Below are positions 9,151 through 17,670 of a stretch of DNA of 64,000 bases, piece after piece. The notes below the pieces were generated by a model. It made no database searches and was not told the origin of the DNA. It saw only the letters and a list, made by a program, of their open reading frames with translations. The first letter of the stretch is position 1. The number at the start of each line of letters is the position of its first letter. The position numbers and the translations under genes were made by a program. Origin of the DNA: an uncultured Candidatus Competibacteraceae bacterium (GTDB lineage Bacteria; Bacteroidota; Bacteroidia; CAIKAF01); NCBI GenBank assembly GCA_964624635.1, contig CAZUXM010000010.1, positions 3,462 to 67,461 on the forward strand, written 5' to 3'.

Positions 9151-12100
9151 CTAATAACCTTGTTTAATGATGATAGGTTTAGAAACCATATTATCACTAG
9201 TAGAGATTAATAAATAGTAGGTGGCCGAAGCCAAATAACTAAAATCAAATGTATGATTTTGTTCAGTTAGCATACCAGAATAAATTACCTGACCCAATGA
9301 GTTCAATAATTTCACTTCAGTATTTTCTGTTGGCATCTCAGCTAAACTTAGTGTAAAAATACCAGTACTTGGATTAGGGTAAATATTAGCTAACAATTGT
9401 CCATCTTCACCTTCTATTCCTAAACATGGATCAACCACCACTATTTGGTTCTGTGTCCATGTATTTCCATTACCATCATCAAAAGTCCATATCACCAGAT
9501 AGGTGCCAGGTAGGTTGTAGGTAATAGGATCTGTAGTGGTTCCAGTGATTAAATCTCCTGAACAATTATCAGATGCTGTAGGAGGAGCAGGAATTGTTGT
9601 AATACAATTTCCAACTACGTTAGGCAAAAACACCAATGAAGGAACAGGAGGGTCAACATCAATTACCGTTACCGTTTGGGTTTGAGTAGATATATTGCCT
9701 CTTCCATCGTCATATGTCCATGTGATGTTATAAGTTCCAGCATCATTATATGATAGAGGATCAGTAGTTGTTGCCGTAATAGTACCTTCACAAGCATCAG
9801 TAGCTGTTGGTATTGTTGATATAAGCACGGTACATGTATCTGATATAGCCGCTAATGGTGCAACATCTGGCACCGGAGCTATTGAATCATTTATGATAAC
9901 TGTTTGTAAAAGCACAGACGTATTTCCAGCTAAATCTGCAAATGTCCATGTAACAGTATAGGTACCATTAACATCATAGGTAAGAGGATCTGAAGTAGTT
10001 CCTGTAACAGTTCCATCGCAGTTATCTTCTAATGTAGGTGCCGGACTTCCTAAAACTGCAGAACAAGGATCATTAATAGTTGGTAAAACTATTTCACAAC
10101 CTATTATTCCAGTAAATGTTTCATCTTCACCTCCATTAACTGTTCCTGATGAGATTACTGAACTCCCGCAAGTAATTTCAAAGTCAAGAATATTATCATT
10201 CCAGAATCCTTGAGTTTCAGCAAAGAAAGTAAGTGGTTCAAGTGCTCCTGAAATATCAATTTGTTCAGCAAGTAATCCAGGAGAACCCAAAGCAGGATAA
10301 GGACCGCCACTTGCAATTAAAGTATTGGTACTATCATATAGCTCCCAAGAACCCTCGTCAAGATTAAAACCGCCATAATAAATGCTAAGTACAAGTGCAC
10401 CGCCATTGGTTGCTGGAGCTAAATTATCTACAACGGTTACATCAAACGAACAAGTTGAACTATTCCCTGAAGCATCTACCGCTTCAAAGGTTACAGTAGT
10501 TGTTCCTACTGGGAAAACAGATCCTGAGGTAGGGCCTGCAACTTGTGTTACTGTTGGTACAGGAACCGGGGTAAGCGAAATTGGCATATTATACAACCAA
10601 CTGATAATATTTTGACGCAAATTGGCAGCATCAGGCAGAGGTGAATGGAAATTTGGTAAGGTCATTCCACCAAAAGTAGCTATACCGCTACCCCATGTTT
10701 TGGACGCAAACTGAACGTCTCCACAACCTTGTAACATATTGGTTAAACCTGTACCTGTTACATAAGCATGTGAAAAACTACCTCCTGCATATCCGGTTGT
10801 AGTGCAAGGTAAAAATGGTCCGGCAAAAATCGGATCAGATGGGGTAACAGCATCTACTGGTCCGTTACAATCTGAACCTCCACCGTAATTTAATGTAGTT
10901 CCACCAAAGCCAAAATCAATATTACCCCCTTCGTTTGGAGCAGCATTAATAAATATAGTTCCTCCGTTAAATACATATGTTTCTATTGCGGGAAGATTTG
11001 TTGCTAAAAATGCAGATAACTCGCTGGCATTAGCATCACTTCCTTCCAGAAATACAAATTTAGTAGCAGTACTAAAAACTGTAGATACATTTGCGGTTTC
11101 ATAAAACTCCGGTATCCATCCTCCTGCACCAAATACTGCATTCATTGCAGTTAAATTATTATTGCTAGTTGCAAAAGACCATGGCTCACCTGCTACATTT
11201 GAACGGATATAATAAGCATCGGTACCAGTATAAACATCTGCACAATTATCTGTTGCTATAGGATTAGAAAAACTAAATACTGCTCCGCAAGTCCCCGGAT
11301 CACTACCCATAGTAGAGTCATTAATACAGTTTATTACCGGTGGAGTAGCATCCGGAGATAAAATTACGTTTTGTGTTTGAGAACTTGAGTTTCCATTTCC
11401 ATCATCATAAATCCATGTAATGGAGTAAGAACCTCCGACTGTATATACAGTCGGATCAGTAGTAGTTCCATCTATAGAACCAACACAATTATCAGTAGCT
11501 GTTGGTGGGGTTGCTACAATGTAACAACTTCCTGTTAAATCAGGTAATAACGCAACGTCAGGAGTTGGAGCAGTGGCATCTACCTGAGTTAGGTTTAAAA
11601 CAAAATCTCCTGTTTCAGTACCTGAACCATGTACAAGAATATAATAGGTTGTTCCACCGGCTCCTGCCCATGTAGCTTCAGACTGAGTTGTACAAAAATC
11701 ATCATTTCCTGCAATACAATTTAATGCACCACAAGTTCCATCAAATACACTTATTTGTGAATTATAAGTAGTTCCTGTACATAAACTAGCCGTAATATTA
11801 CTTGAACAAGTAGTCGTAAAAGTATACCATACTCCACCAGCTGTTGGAGCAGTGGCTGTTCCACATAGGGCTACTGCATCAATGTTAGAACAATTGGTGG
11901 TACCATTAGTTGTACCCGGCGTAATAGCTATTGCATCTGCACAATCATCATTGGCTGGAGCTTCAGAAGATACTGTTAGAGTATAATCTCCGCTTTGAGT
12001 ATTATAGCCTTTAACTAATATCCAGTAAATGGTTCCGGGAGTTGTTGGAACATCTGTAAGTTGAGATTGCGTTCCGCAATCATCGTCGTTTGCATCAATA

Positions 12101-13167
12101 CATGTAAGAGTCGAACAATCCGGACCTTCATATAAGCTTAAATATGTATCGTAAGAAGATCCACATAAACTTATGGTCCAATCAAGACCATTTCCAGTAA
12201 AAGTATACCATACTCCGTTTGATGTATAATCATCATAACAACCGTCTGTTTCACTGGTAGCAGATGAGGTTGATCCATTAATAACATCTCCACAATTCAA
12301 TTGAATAGCATCTACACAATCATCATTCGCAGGAGGTGGTGGGCAGTCTTCTGATGTTACGGTCATTGTATATGCGCCCAAAGCCGAATTCCAATCAAGG
12401 CTGGCTAAAACGGGTAAATAATATGTACCAGCAGGTAAGTTATTAAAGTTATATACTGCATTCCCATCACCACAATCATCAAAATTATCAGAGTAGCTAA
12501 AAGTAGTATAAGGACAATCAGTATAAACATCAATGGCAAAGTCCATTATACCGGGAGCTGTACCACAAAAATCTACTGTTAAATTATTACATGTGCCGTT
12601 TAATGTAACTGCATGCCAAACAAAAGCTGCACTACCAAAAATTACATCGTTCATTAAGGCAGCCTCATCAGCATTCATGGTGGCTCCATCTGTAGTTCCA
12701 TTAAAAACAACAGGTACACCACTGGTTAAAACGGTAGGAATTACATCTGAACAATTATCGTTAGGCAAAGCAACACCTCCGCTACAACTAACGGAAAAAG
12801 TATATACATTAGGCTGATCATTATCACATGCCGGACTCAAATGTCGATACACTCTATAATCCTCTGTTGAACTACAAACAAAAACTAAAGTTCCCGTTCC
12901 TGTTTGAATAGGACTATCAGTTAAGTCATCTGAGATAGTCATATAAATTCCGGGACACGTGAATGTATAAGTAGTTCCTGCGGTTAATGTTAACAATGAA
13001 TATTCTCCTGTATAACAATCAGTGGCCAATACTTCATCTGAACCGATACAAGTAGGGACGTATGTTGAAGATGGCCACATGTCGATTTCTCCAACACATT
13101 GCGAATACAAATTCGAAGAAATCAATAATAAAATTATGCAAATTATTTTAGATAAATATTTTTTCAT
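9151..13167 (-). CDS. Giant secreted multidomain protein A (1338 aa) with T9SS type A CTD
   Basis: Signal peptide, then three Cys-rich ~125-aa modules each opening xNDxC. Four ~75-aa ATDNC...DDGNGN Ig-like modules and HYR-like halves (FPVGTTTVTFEAVDASGNSSTCSFDVTVVD). C-terminal IYPNPSTGIFTLSL...YYLLI sorting domain. Confidence 0.85.
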   Translation of the reverse strand: MKKYLSKIICIILLLISSNLYSQCVGEIDMWPSSTYVPTCIGSDEVLATDCYTGEYSLLTLTAGTTYTFTCPGIYMTISDDLTDSPIQTGTGTLVFVCSSTEDYRVYRHLSPACDNDQPNVYTFSVSCSGGVALPNDNCSDVIPTVLTSGVPVVFNGTTDGATMNADEAALMNDVIFGSAAFVWHAVTLNGTCNNLTVDFCGTAPGIMDFAIDVYTDCPYTTFSYSDNFDDCGDGNAVYNFNNLPAGTYYLPVLASLDWNSALGAYTMTVTSEDCPPPPANDDCVDAIQLNCGDVINGSTSSATSETDGCYDDYTSNGVWYTFTGNGLDWTISLCGSSYDTYLSLYEGPDCSTLTCIDANDDDCGTQSQLTDVPTTPGTIYWILVKGYNTQSGDYTLTVSSEAPANDDCADAIAITPGTTNGTTNCSNIDAVALCGTATAPTAGGVWYTFTTTCSSNITASLCTGTTYNSQISVFDGTCGALNCIAGNDDFCTTQSEATWAGAGGTTYYILVHGSGTETGDFVLNLTQVDATAPTPDVALLPDLTGSCYIVATPPTATDNCVGSIDGTTTDPTVYTVGGSYSITWIYDDGNGNSSSQTQNVILSPDATPPVINCINDSTMGSDPGTCGAVFSFSNPIATDNCADVYTGTDAYYIRSNVAGEPWSFATSNNNLTAMNAVFGAGGWIPEFYETANVSTVFSTATKFVFLEGSDANASELSAFLATNLPAIETYVFNGGTIFINAAPNEGGNIDFGFGGTTLNYGGGSDCNGPVDAVTPSDPIFAGPFLPCTTTGYAGGSFSHAYVTGTGLTNMLQGCGDVQFASKTWGSGIATFGGMTLPNFHSPLPDAANLRQNIISWLYNMPISLTPVPVPTVTQVAGPTSGSVFPVGTTTVTFEAVDASGNSSTCSFDVTVVDNLAPATNGGALVLSIYYGGFNLDEGSWELYDSTNTLIASGGPYPALGSPGLLAEQIDISGALEPLTFFAETQGFWNDNILDFEITCGSSVISSGTVNGGEDETFTGIIGCEIVLPTINDPCSAVLGSPAPTLEDNCDGTVTGTTSDPLTYDVNGTYTVTWTFADLAGNTSVLLQTVIINDSIAPVPDVAPLAAISDTCTVLISTIPTATDACEGTITATTTDPLSYNDAGTYNITWTYDDGRGNISTQTQTVTVIDVDPPVPSLVFLPNVVGNCITTIPAPPTASDNCSGDLITGTTTDPITYNLPGTYLVIWTFDDGNGNTWTQNQIVVVDPCLGIEGEDGQLLANIYPNPSTGIFTLSLAEMPTENTEVKLLNSLGQVIYSGMLTEQNHTFDFSYLASATYYLLISTSDNMVSKPIIIKQGY

Positions 13168-13187
13168 ATGATTATTGAATTGATAGT

Positions 13188-13622
13188 TTATTTAATGCCT
13201 TTTAGTTTTTTATATTCTGTTGGATTATTTTCAAACCATGTTTTGATAGCAGCATTGTACATTGTTTTATCTGTTTCTACATTTCCTGTGTTGATGTACT
13301 TAGGAAAGCCCGCCATATTTTCAAAATCCCATGATTTTTTACCTTCTTCTGAGGTAATTTTCATAGAAAGAGGACCATTGTGATTTTCTCTAATCCACTT
13401 AAATTTTGCTACTTCATAATTAGCATCATCTAGTTTTTTATCTCCGGTATTTATATATAACGGATAATCTGTTAACTCAACGTTGATGGTAGTGTTGGTC
13501 TGGGCATTACCCATGCTTTTGCTATTGCTTTCTTGCTTAATACGAGAAGTTGACCTTGTATTTTGCGCCATGATATGTCCTGACATAAACAAAAGCACTA
13601 CTACTAAATAAAATTTATTCAT
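13188..13622 (-). CDS. Small secreted protein with two NTG(D/N) motif repeats (cassette A partner)
   Basis: Signal peptide, then YPLYINTGDKKLDDANYEVAKFKWI and FPKYINTGNVETDKTMYNAAIKTWFENNPTEY. The stop is 20 nt before the giant gene A start. Paralogous to 16968..17318. Confidence 0.7.
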   Translation of the reverse strand: MNKFYLVVVLLFMSGHIMAQNTRSTSRIKQESNSKSMGNAQTNTTINVELTDYPLYINTGDKKLDDANYEVAKFKWIRENHNGPLSMKITSEEGKKSWDFENMAGFPKYINTGNVETDKTMYNAAIKTWFENNPTEYKKLKGIK

Positions 13623-13765
13623 AAATCAATCAAATTTTAATTCGGCCCTAAACTAATCATAATTATTTGTTTTTGCAATGTTTTTCAGTATTCATTGTAT
13701 ACAAAATTTGTTATCCTTAAAATAAAAAGAGCTCATGATTTGCGTTAATGAATTAGCATAAACAT

Positions 13766-13793
13766 AAAGAGGGGCTCAATTGAGCCCCTCTTT
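13766..13793. terminator. Perfect 28-bp palindrome / terminator hairpin after giant gene B
   Basis: AAAGAGGGGCTCAA|TTGAGCCCCTCTTT, 22 nt downstream of the stop at 13816. It separates cassette B from cassette A. Confidence 0.65.
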
Positions 13794-13815
13794 ATTATAT
13801 AAATACAATCAACAA

Positions 13816-16800
13816 CTAGTGATTAATAATAATTGGCTTGCTAACATGCCCATGATTATTTGTAATCAATAAATAATAGGTAGAGGCTGCTAAATGACTA
13901 AAGTCAAATTGCTGAACCTGATTTTGTAATTCACCTGAATAAATTATTTGTCCTAATGCATCCATTAAACGAATATCTGTTTTTTCTGTTGGCATTTCAG
14001 ATAAACTTAAAGTAAATACTCCTGTACCCGGATTAGGATAAACAAGCACTGTAATTTCTTCACCACTTTCACCTTCAACACCTAAACAAGGTTGTACCAC
14101 CACTGTTTGGTTTTGTGTCCATGTATTTCCATTTCCATCATCAAAATGCCAGATGATAAAGTATGTTCCCGGAAGATTATATGAAATAGGATCTGTGGTT
14201 GTTCCTGTGATTAAATCACCTGAACAGTTATCGGATGCTGTTGGTGGAGCGGGAACAGATACCACACAGTTTCCAACTACGTTCGGTAAAAATACCAATG
14301 AAGGAACCGGAGGATCGACATCTATTACTGTTACTGTTTGTGTTTGTGTTGTAATATTACCTCTTCCATCATCATACGACCAGGTAATGGTATAGGTACC
14401 TGCATCATTATAGGTTAATGGATCAGTAGTTGTACCGGTAATTGTTCCTTCACAATTATCAGTAGCTGTTGGAACAGAAGAAACCAATACTGAACAAGTA
14501 TCAGAAATAGAAGCTAATGATCCGATATCAGCTACAGGCGCAATAGAATCTTCTACAATAACTGTTTGAGTTTGTATAAATGTATTCCCTGCTAAATCTG
14601 TATATTCCCAATTGATTGTATACACACCATCTGTAGTATAGGTTAGCGGATCCGATGTGGTTGCAGTAACCGCGCCATCACAATTATCATTACCTGTTGG
14701 AGCTGTTAAAGCAATTGAACAATCTGCATTCAAAGTAGGAAGTTGTTCAGGATTTTCAAAGTTTAATGTAAACTCTGTTAGATTTCCTATATCACCACCG
14801 GCATCATCGAAAATTGAAATTTTCCAATATCCGTTAGGATCTTCTCCATTAAATACTCCAAATCCACCGGCACCTTCAGGAATATAACTTCCCGTAAAAG
14901 GTGCTACTCCGGTAGTAATATTTGATGCAGCAGTCATATCAAAACAGGTATTGATAAAATTATCACCACCACCGCCATTATCACTACTTAAATCGAATAT
15001 TGTACCTAATGGAGATATTAAAGAAATATCAAGATCTGCATCAAATGTGTGATTAATATTGATACAGATAGAAGAAATCATTCCGGTAGTTAAAGCAGCA
15101 GGTAAACCGGTTACCAATACTGAATCAATGGCTGTAGTACCATCTAATATATCTACATCAATAGCTCCATTACTAAAAGTAAACGATTGAGTAACATCAG
15201 GCACCGGAGCTTGCATATCCTGTACAATTACGTCAAATGAGCAGGTAGCAGTATTACCAGCACCGTCAGTTGCTACAAATGTATTAGTAGTAGTTCCCAT
15301 CGGGAATAAAGAACCAGACGGCAGCCCGGCTGTTTGAGAAATAGTAACAGATGGAGATGAACCATATAAATTCATTAAAATATTTTGATCTGTAAATCCA
15401 AATGCAACGAATGGATCTACCGGTTGAGGAGCACCACAACTTGGTGCAGCTAAGTATGCTATATCTGTTTGACCCGCAGTATTACCTGCAGGATATAATC
15501 CACCACCATAAGAAAATCCAACAACTAAGTTAGTTCCTGCAGGAACTGTATATGAAGTTGGTACAGTTAAGATTATTGGAGACCCAGCAGTTACCAATGG
15601 GGCAAAAGCCGGAAAGCTTGATAACAATGTTAAGTTAGAATAATCAAGCGGACCCGACAAGCTGTATAAATTAATGTTGATAGTTTGAGGTGTTATATTT
15701 TCTCCAATACCAACAGAAACGCTATCTAAAAACAATGATCCGGTTAAGTTAAATATCCTCATCCATTCGTTCGGAGCAACATTACATGAAATGATGATTC
15801 CTGATGTAGCTGTTTGAGATAAGTTTTGAGTCAGCATTGTATTATCATAACAGTTATCATCTGCACCAACAGAATACACAAATGTTCTGCCACAGATATC
15901 TTCATCGTTTCCAACTGTGGTATCATTTAAACAAACAATGGTAGGGGGTGTAGGATCATTGATAACTACGTCCTGTGTTTGAACAGAAGTGTTTCCGTTC
16001 CCATCATTATAAACCCAGTTAACAGTATAAGACCCGTTAAGGGAATATGTAGTAGGGTCTGTAGTTGTGGCAACAATAGTACCTGCACAGTTATCAGTAG
16101 CTGTAGGTGCTGTTAGTGTAACAGAACATACAGAGTTAACGTCTGGCAGAGGATCTAAATCTGCAACGGGAGCTGAAATGTCTACCTGAGATAATGTTAA
16201 ATCAAAAGAACCAATAGCCCCATTACCATGAACTAGAATATAATAAGTAGTTCCGGCAGTAGCTGACCAACTAACTTCTGATTGAGTTCCACAAAAATCA
16301 TCATTACCTCCGATACAATTTAAGGCTCCACATGATCCATCAAATACACTAATTTGAGAATTGTAAACAGTTCCAGTGCAAAGGCTGGCTGTTACTAGTG
16401 CAGAACAACTGGTAGTATATGAATACCAAACTCCTCCTGTTGTTGGAGCAGTAGCAGTACCACATAAAGGAACAGCATCTATATTAGCACATGCGTTAAT
16501 TGACCCGGAAGTAGTTCCAGACAAAATAGCAATTGCCCCTGCACAGTTATCATTTGTAGGGGGTACTGGTGTAGAAACATATGCAACTCTGGATACATTA
16601 AGTGCAGCACATCCAGCCAGATGTCTATAGAAACGATAAACACCTGTTGTTGGAGCAGTATAAGAAACTGATCCGGTAGCAAAAGCTACTACTACATTTG
16701 CATTATCAGTAATAGTAATAACATCAGTTGCTACTGAAGTATAAAAGGTATAAGCAACTCCTGCTGTTAAATTAACATTTGAATATTCTGAGGCCCAGGC

Positions 16801-16959
16801 AAAAGCTGTAATAGTTTGAGCACCCCCACAATTAGCAGGAGTAAAAGTTGCTGCCGGATATAAACCATACGCCGCAGTATTACATTGAGAATATGATGTA
16901 GACAATATGCCTATCACAAAGAATACTGTTAATAGAATTTTTTGTATAATTTTTTTCAT
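13816..16959 (-). CDS. Giant secreted multidomain protein B (1047 aa) with proprotein-convertase P-domain-like segment and T9SS type A CTD
   Basis: Paralogous to protein A at both ends. One Cys-rich NDNC module and split HYR halves. P-domain-like DLDISLISPLGT...YWKISIFDDAGGDIGNL. C-terminal YPNPGTGVFTLSL CTD. Confidence 0.85.
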   Translation of the reverse strand: MKKIIQKILLTVFFVIGILSTSYSQCNTAAYGLYPAATFTPANCGGAQTITAFAWASEYSNVNLTAGVAYTFYTSVATDVITITDNANVVVAFATGSVSYTAPTTGVYRFYRHLAGCAALNVSRVAYVSTPVPPTNDNCAGAIAILSGTTSGSINACANIDAVPLCGTATAPTTGGVWYSYTTSCSALVTASLCTGTVYNSQISVFDGSCGALNCIGGNDDFCGTQSEVSWSATAGTTYYILVHGNGAIGSFDLTLSQVDISAPVADLDPLPDVNSVCSVTLTAPTATDNCAGTIVATTTDPTTYSLNGSYTVNWVYNDGNGNTSVQTQDVVINDPTPPTIVCLNDTTVGNDEDICGRTFVYSVGADDNCYDNTMLTQNLSQTATSGIIISCNVAPNEWMRIFNLTGSLFLDSVSVGIGENITPQTININLYSLSGPLDYSNLTLLSSFPAFAPLVTAGSPIILTVPTSYTVPAGTNLVVGFSYGGGLYPAGNTAGQTDIAYLAAPSCGAPQPVDPFVAFGFTDQNILMNLYGSSPSVTISQTAGLPSGSLFPMGTTTNTFVATDGAGNTATCSFDVIVQDMQAPVPDVTQSFTFSNGAIDVDILDGTTAIDSVLVTGLPAALTTGMISSICININHTFDADLDISLISPLGTIFDLSSDNGGGGDNFINTCFDMTAASNITTGVAPFTGSYIPEGAGGFGVFNGEDPNGYWKISIFDDAGGDIGNLTEFTLNFENPEQLPTLNADCSIALTAPTGNDNCDGAVTATTSDPLTYTTDGVYTINWEYTDLAGNTFIQTQTVIVEDSIAPVADIGSLASISDTCSVLVSSVPTATDNCEGTITGTTTDPLTYNDAGTYTITWSYDDGRGNITTQTQTVTVIDVDPPVPSLVFLPNVVGNCVVSVPAPPTASDNCSGDLITGTTTDPISYNLPGTYFIIWHFDDGNGNTWTQNQTVVVQPCLGVEGESGEEITVLVYPNPGTGVFTLSLSEMPTEKTDIRLMDALGQIIYSGELQNQVQQFDFSHLAASTYYLLITNNHGHVSKPIIINH

Positions 16960-16967
16960 GATTTGGA

Positions 16968-17318
16968 TTATTTGGGTTGTTTTGAATTTTCTTCTTCTAT
17001 GTCAACTTTGCCATTTCTGATCAAAAATTGATCATAAAGAGCTTTGTTTTTTTCATTTTGCATCCATTGATCTCTGGCTGCTTGAAATGTTGCATTGTCT
17101 TTTTCAATATCGCCTGTATTCACAAATACGGGAAAACCGGGTAATTCTGCATTAACATCAACAACACCCACCGCTGGTTGGCTCTGAACTGAAAAAGTGG
17201 AAGATTCTTTTGATTTGTTTTGATTTTGTAAATCCGCTTGATCAGCTATTGAGGCGCTTTGAGCTGATAACCCGGCCGCAAAAATTACTGACAGAAGTAA
17301 TAAGTAAAGTTTTTTCAT
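16968..17318 (-). CDS. Small secreted protein with one NTGD motif (cassette B partner)
   Basis: Signal peptide MKKLYLLLLSVIFAAGLSAQ and FPVFVNTGDIEKDNATFQAARDQWMQN. The stop is 8 nt before the giant gene B start. Confidence 0.7.
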   Translation of the reverse strand: MKKLYLLLLSVIFAAGLSAQSASIADQADLQNQNKSKESSTFSVQSQPAVGVVDVNAELPGFPVFVNTGDIEKDNATFQAARDQWMQNEKNKALYDQFLIRNGKVDIEEENSKQPK

Positions 17319-17346
17319 AAATCTTAATTTGATGTTTCACCAAATT

Positions 17347-17354
17347 TAACATAT
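17347..17354. repeat. Target-site duplication, left copy (TAACATAT)
   Basis: Identical 8-mer directly abutting both transposon ends; the right copy is at 20191..20198. Confidence 0.85.
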
Positions 17355-17378
17355 TCTGACTATCTGTTTATAGGAAAC
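17355..17378. repeat. Left terminal inverted repeat
   Basis: TCTGACTATCTGTTTATAGGAAAC is the reverse complement of 20167..20190 with one mismatch. Confidence 0.85.
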
Positions 17379-17400
17379 AAGATTCATAACTAATTGATTA

Positions 17401-17634
17401 TTATATAGATACGCCTCTCATCTTTCCAAGTCTTTTTATCGAATGAATTGAAGATTTTACGTGTATCAACATTTCTTCATATTCGTCAATATTTTGATGA
17501 CTTGGATTCTGTTTAATGAAATTTTCCAACTCTGTTTTAAGATCTTCCAAATTATTGTGAGAAGAAACAATCTTAGTATTCATTTTTTTTCTTTTAGGGA
17601 AGAAAATTAGTAATAATTTATCAAGTATTTTCAT
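17401..17634 (-). CDS. Hypothetical 77-aa protein (passenger; alternative start M18 at 17583)
   Basis: ATG ORF 36 nt downstream of the HTH gene on the same strand. Helical, charged sequence with no recognisable domain. Confidence 0.45.
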   Translation of the reverse strand: MKILDKLLLIFFPKRKKMNTKIVSSHNNLEDLKTELENFIKQNPSHQNIDEYEEMLIHVKSSIHSIKRLGKMRGVSI

Positions 17635-17670
17635 ACTGGTTATATTTTAACCAGGTATAAAGTTTATGAT

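Noticed and set aside
9151-16959. Periodic repetitiveness that could suggest a CRISPR array or tandem DNA repeats
   Set aside because: The periodicity comes from diverged ~75-aa and ~125-aa protein modules in continuous ORFs. There are no short identical direct repeats with unique spacers.
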